Assembly: GCA_019058245.1 (NCBI GenBank)
Contig: JAHPZJ010000028.1
Span: 224,503-234,522, forward strand
Reading direction: 5' to 3'
Length of the DNA: 10,020 bases
DNA from: Promethearchaeota archaeon
GTDB taxonomy: Archaea; Asgardarchaeota; Lokiarchaeia; Sigyniarchaeales; SOKP01
The notes below the pieces were generated by a model. That model ran no database searches and was not told where the DNA came from. It saw only the letters and a program-made list of their open reading frames with translations. Position 1 is the stretch's first letter; each line of letters opens with the position of its first letter. Shown piece after piece: positions 7,409 through 10,020 of this stretch. The position numbers and the translations under genes were made by a program.

Positions 7409-7906
7409 TTATTTTTGTTGTTGTTTTTTAATTTGTTTCTTTCGTACGACACCAACAACTAATCCATGACGACCTGTACTTTTTGTTCGTTGTCCTCGAA
7501 CTTTTAATTTTAAGTGATGTCTAACTCCTTTATAGTTTTTCATTTTTTTCATTCTATCTATGTCTCTTTTGACGGTAATTTCCAATTTATTACTAATGAT
7601 ATGGAGATCTTCACCAGTACGTAAATCTTTTGGTCTATTTACCATCCAGTTAGGAATACCATTAACAACGGGATTTAGGATTATTTCTTCGATTTGGTTT
7701 AATTCTTTTTCGGAAATTGCTCCAATTCTTATGTTTGGGTCGATTCCTGCTACTTTTACAATAGCTTGAGCGAATCTCCTACCAATACCCGTAATTTGTG
7801 TTAGAGCATGTTCAATTTTGGCATTACCATCTACTTGTGATCTCAAATTGCGAAAAAATATCTTTTCTTTGAAATTTTTCGGTCGAATAGCAGATAAAGA
7901 ACTCAT
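7409..7906 (-). CDS. rps13: 30S ribosomal protein S13 (uS13)
   Basis: Signatures ALTQITGIGRRFA, IPNWMVNRPKD.RTGED.H and YKGVRH..LKVRGQRTKSTGR. First gene of the S13-S4-S11 cluster. Confidence 0.97.
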   Translation of the reverse strand: MSSLSAIRPKNFKEKIFFRNLRSQVDGNAKIEHALTQITGIGRRFAQAIVKVAGIDPNIRIGAISEKELNQIEEIILNPVVNGIPNWMVNRPKDLRTGEDLHIISNKLEITVKRDIDRMKKMKNYKGVRHHLKLKVRGQRTKSTGRHGLVVGVVRKKQIKKQQQK

Positions 7907-8197
7907 TCGAATACAATCAATTAATATTATATTTTATTTTTTGATATAGTAGTTGAAAATACAGAATTTAATAATAAATTTTTGCTTTTATCTAAGAATT
8001 AGGTGATAGCATATCAAAATTCTTTAAATTTTAAAATCTTATCTTGATTAAGGTTTTCAATGGGATGAAGATTTAATTGTTGAGTAATTCCAATACTTTA
8101 ACTGTAATTTCCAGATAATGTTTGTTTATATTCATTTATCACTTTTTATAGTAGTATAGGAGAGATCTTAAGAGTATAGTTATTAGGAAAATCGAAT

Positions 8198-8794
8198 TTA
8201 ATAATTTGGAGTTCTTTTTTTTTCTTCCATTTTTGAATTAATGTGCTTTTTGCATGTATTTCTCTTAGAGCCCGCAATTCTTAATAAAAGTGACAAACCA
8301 GGTTTCACTTCTTCAATAGGTTTAGATTCAATTAACTTATTATTAATTAATTCATTATAAAGTTCTTTACCTTTTTCCGTTCTAATAAGTACGGTATTCC
8401 ATCCCGAAGGAGACCCTATAGATCCTACTGAAATATCTGCTGATTCTGAGGTTAAATCATAGCATATTTCACAATCTTCACGGGCTAAATGAGAGATTTC
8501 TTTAATAGGCACACTTAATTCATCTCCTTTAATGGTATAGATAAAAAATTTTCCTTTATTGATATCCATCTTTTTAACATTTTTAATATCGACATTTGCT
8601 TTTTCACAGATTTTTAAAAGCGATTCATAAGAAAATGATTCCATGCAAAATATTCCAATCCTATATTCGATATTATCTAAGGAGGGGAATCCAATATTAT
8701 AAATCTTGGATTTAAGAAGTGCTTGCATTTGACAAGGTACGCCTACTACAGCAATTTTTTTATTCTTTAGCTCGGGTAAGTTAAGTATCTGTAA
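8198..8794 (-). pseudogene. N-terminally truncated coenzyme F420 hydrogenase/dehydrogenase beta-subunit (FrhB family) C-terminal domain
   Basis: Contains IGIFCMESF, CEICYDLTSESADISVGSIGSPSGWNTVLIRTEKG. The frame continues upstream of ATG 8728 as LQILNLPELKNKKIAVVGVPCQ, the canonical first motif of the FrhB C-terminal domain. It then reaches an in-frame stop at 8849-8851 with no ATG/GTG/TTG, and the N-terminal domain is absent. The 5' boundary is approximate. Confidence 0.8.
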
Positions 8795-9064
8795 TTTAAT
8801 CTTATATTCATGTTCATAATCAGTGATTAATGTTAACTTCGGTAAAATTTATTTATTTTTTTATTAAATTAATTTGTTAAATAATGAAATATCTAATAGA
8901 GAGAATTTAAATATCAAAATTTTGATTTTATTTTTATATTTGAAGATCAATAAAAAATGATCATTTTGACGGAAGAACAAATATTATCAAAATTAAATGA
9001 TTTAATTAATGAATTCACAGATTCTCTAGTTATAATCAAAAAATTAAAATAGAGATTGATAAAT

Positions 9065-9475
9065 ATGTCTCAAGAAAAAATTATGGCAGATATAGATGTG
9101 CTTCTTAGAGATTTTACTGATTCACAGAGTGATGTTCAAGGACAAATCCTTATCGCCTATCCACAAGGATTACCTATCGGAGAAACCTGGAAAGGTGCTG
9201 TAGATCCAATTATGATTGGTGCTCTTTCAGCAGCAGTGAAATTAACCTTTCAGAATCTATGTAAAAATCTAAAAAAAGGAAATTTAAAGCGTTTATTTAT
9301 GAACAGTGAAAAAGGAAGAGTTATTATACAAAATGCGGGTGATAAAGCTATTTTATCAACAATAATTGATCAAGAAGCTGATATTGTGAGGATTTCATTT
9401 GAAATGAGTAATATAGCAGTCAGATTGGAAAAATTATTAAAAGATTTTGATTACGACAAAGCATTTGAGGTGTAG
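9065..9475 (+). CDS. Roadblock/LC7 domain protein
   Basis: Pattern DVQGQILIAYPQGLPI...IGALSAAV...GNLKRLFMNSEKGRVII..AGDKAILSTI matches the roadblock/LC7 (MglB/LAMTOR2-like) fold. ATG at 9065 is preferred over TTG at 9056. Confidence 0.85.
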   Translation: MSQEKIMADIDVLLRDFTDSQSDVQGQILIAYPQGLPIGETWKGAVDPIMIGALSAAVKLTFQNLCKNLKKGNLKRLFMNSEKGRVIIQNAGDKAILSTIIDQEADIVRISFEMSNIAVRLEKLLKDFDYDKAFEV

Positions 9476-9479
9476 AAAA

Positions 9480-10020
9480 ATGGAATTAATTAATTTTTTA
9501 CAAGAAATAGAAGATATTACAGATATTAATGGAACCTTCTTCATTAATATTGAAGATAACAAGGTGATTGAATCAACTATCCAATTTCAAATTCCAATAG
9601 AAATATTATGGGAAATTGGTGTTTTAAGAGATACTTTTCAACAGTTTGCAAATGGAATAGAACATGGACAGCTTCGTGACATTATGATAGAAGGAGATAA
9701 GGGATATATATTAATTTATAATGTTTCTGATTATGTGATTTTAATGGCAATGGCAGCTAATGATATCAATCTTGCTTATGTTAAATTAGCAATGATTAAC
9801 ATTCTTGATAAAATTAGAACACACTTTAAAACAATGGGAGAACAATTACTTAAAATTGGAGCAAAAGAGCTAGGTGTTGTTGGAGGGAGAACTGGTTTAG
9901 TTGTACAATCGGCATTTACTACAACTCCTGTTGAAAACCCTATTGCTGCAAAAGTCGAACCAGAACCTATTGCTGCAAAAGTCGAACCAGAACCTATTGC
10001 TGCAAAAGTCGAACCAGAAC
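9480..10020 (+). CDS. Roadblock/LC7-domain protein with repetitive Pro/Ala/Glu linker (3'-partial; not in the ORF track)
   Basis: Manual translation from ATG 9480, 4 nt after the upstream stop: MELINFLQEIEDITDINGTFFINIEDNKVIESTI...FQQFANGIEHGQLRDIMIEGDKGYILIYNVSDYVILMAMAANDINLAYVKLAM...PVEN(PIAAKVEPE)3. The frame is open to the window end. Confidence 0.85.
   Translation, partial: MELINFLQEIEDITDINGTFFINIEDNKVIESTIQFQIPIEILWEIGVLRDTFQQFANGIEHGQLRDIMIEGDKGYILIYNVSDYVILMAMAANDINLAYVKLAMINILDKIRTHFKTMGEQLLKIGAKELGVVGGRTGLVVQSAFTTTPVENPIAAKVEPEPIAAKVEPEPIAAKVEPE
9939..10020 (+). repeat. Perfect 27-bp coding tandem repeat, at least 3 copies (PIAAKVEPE)
   Basis: CCTATTGCTGCAAAAGTCGAACCAGAA at 9939, 9966 and 9993, head-to-tail with no spacers, running off the window. 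Confidence 0.97.

Noticed and set aside
6600-7769. ORFs 6600-6914(+), 6647-6850(-), 7147-7338(+) and 7560-7769(+)
   Set aside because: They are alternative-frame or antisense overlaps of clear ribosomal protein genes.
7907-8197. tRNA gene upstream of rps13, as found in some archaea
   Set aside because: No GC-rich cloverleaf or T-loop GTTC(G/A)A signature is visible in the interval.
9939-10020. 27-bp repeat (and the 93-bp repeat at 86-326) as a CRISPR array
   Set aside because: The copies are head-to-tail without unique spacers, have lengths that are multiples of 3, and lie in frame within CDSs. No cas genes are present.

Overview
AT-rich archaeal DNA, most likely from an Asgard (Lokiarchaeia-like) archaeon; this is inferred from archaeal-type uS13/uS4/uS11, GGTGA-type RBS and tandem roadblock/LC7 genes. 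The left 5.9 kb (+ strand) holds two paralogous HEAT/PBS-lyase repeat proteins, the first truncated by the window edge, followed by an 816-aa protein with two radical SAM/SPASM modules. Both HEAT proteins end in a conserved cap and then a variable non-repeat tail with an identically spaced motif, N-H-x-D-x-T-x6-C-x-G-x-H-x-D-x-G-x4-L-x-F-stop. The best candidate for an undescribed system is therefore a RiPP-like pathway in which HEAT-solenoid-fused C-terminal core peptides are modified by the double radical SAM enzyme. The right half holds a small CxxC glutaredoxin-like gene, rps13-rps4-rps11 without the usual downstream rpoD, an N-terminally truncated FrhB-family remnant, and two roadblock/LC7 genes. 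The second roadblock gene is missing from the ORF track and carries a perfect 27-bp coding tandem repeat.
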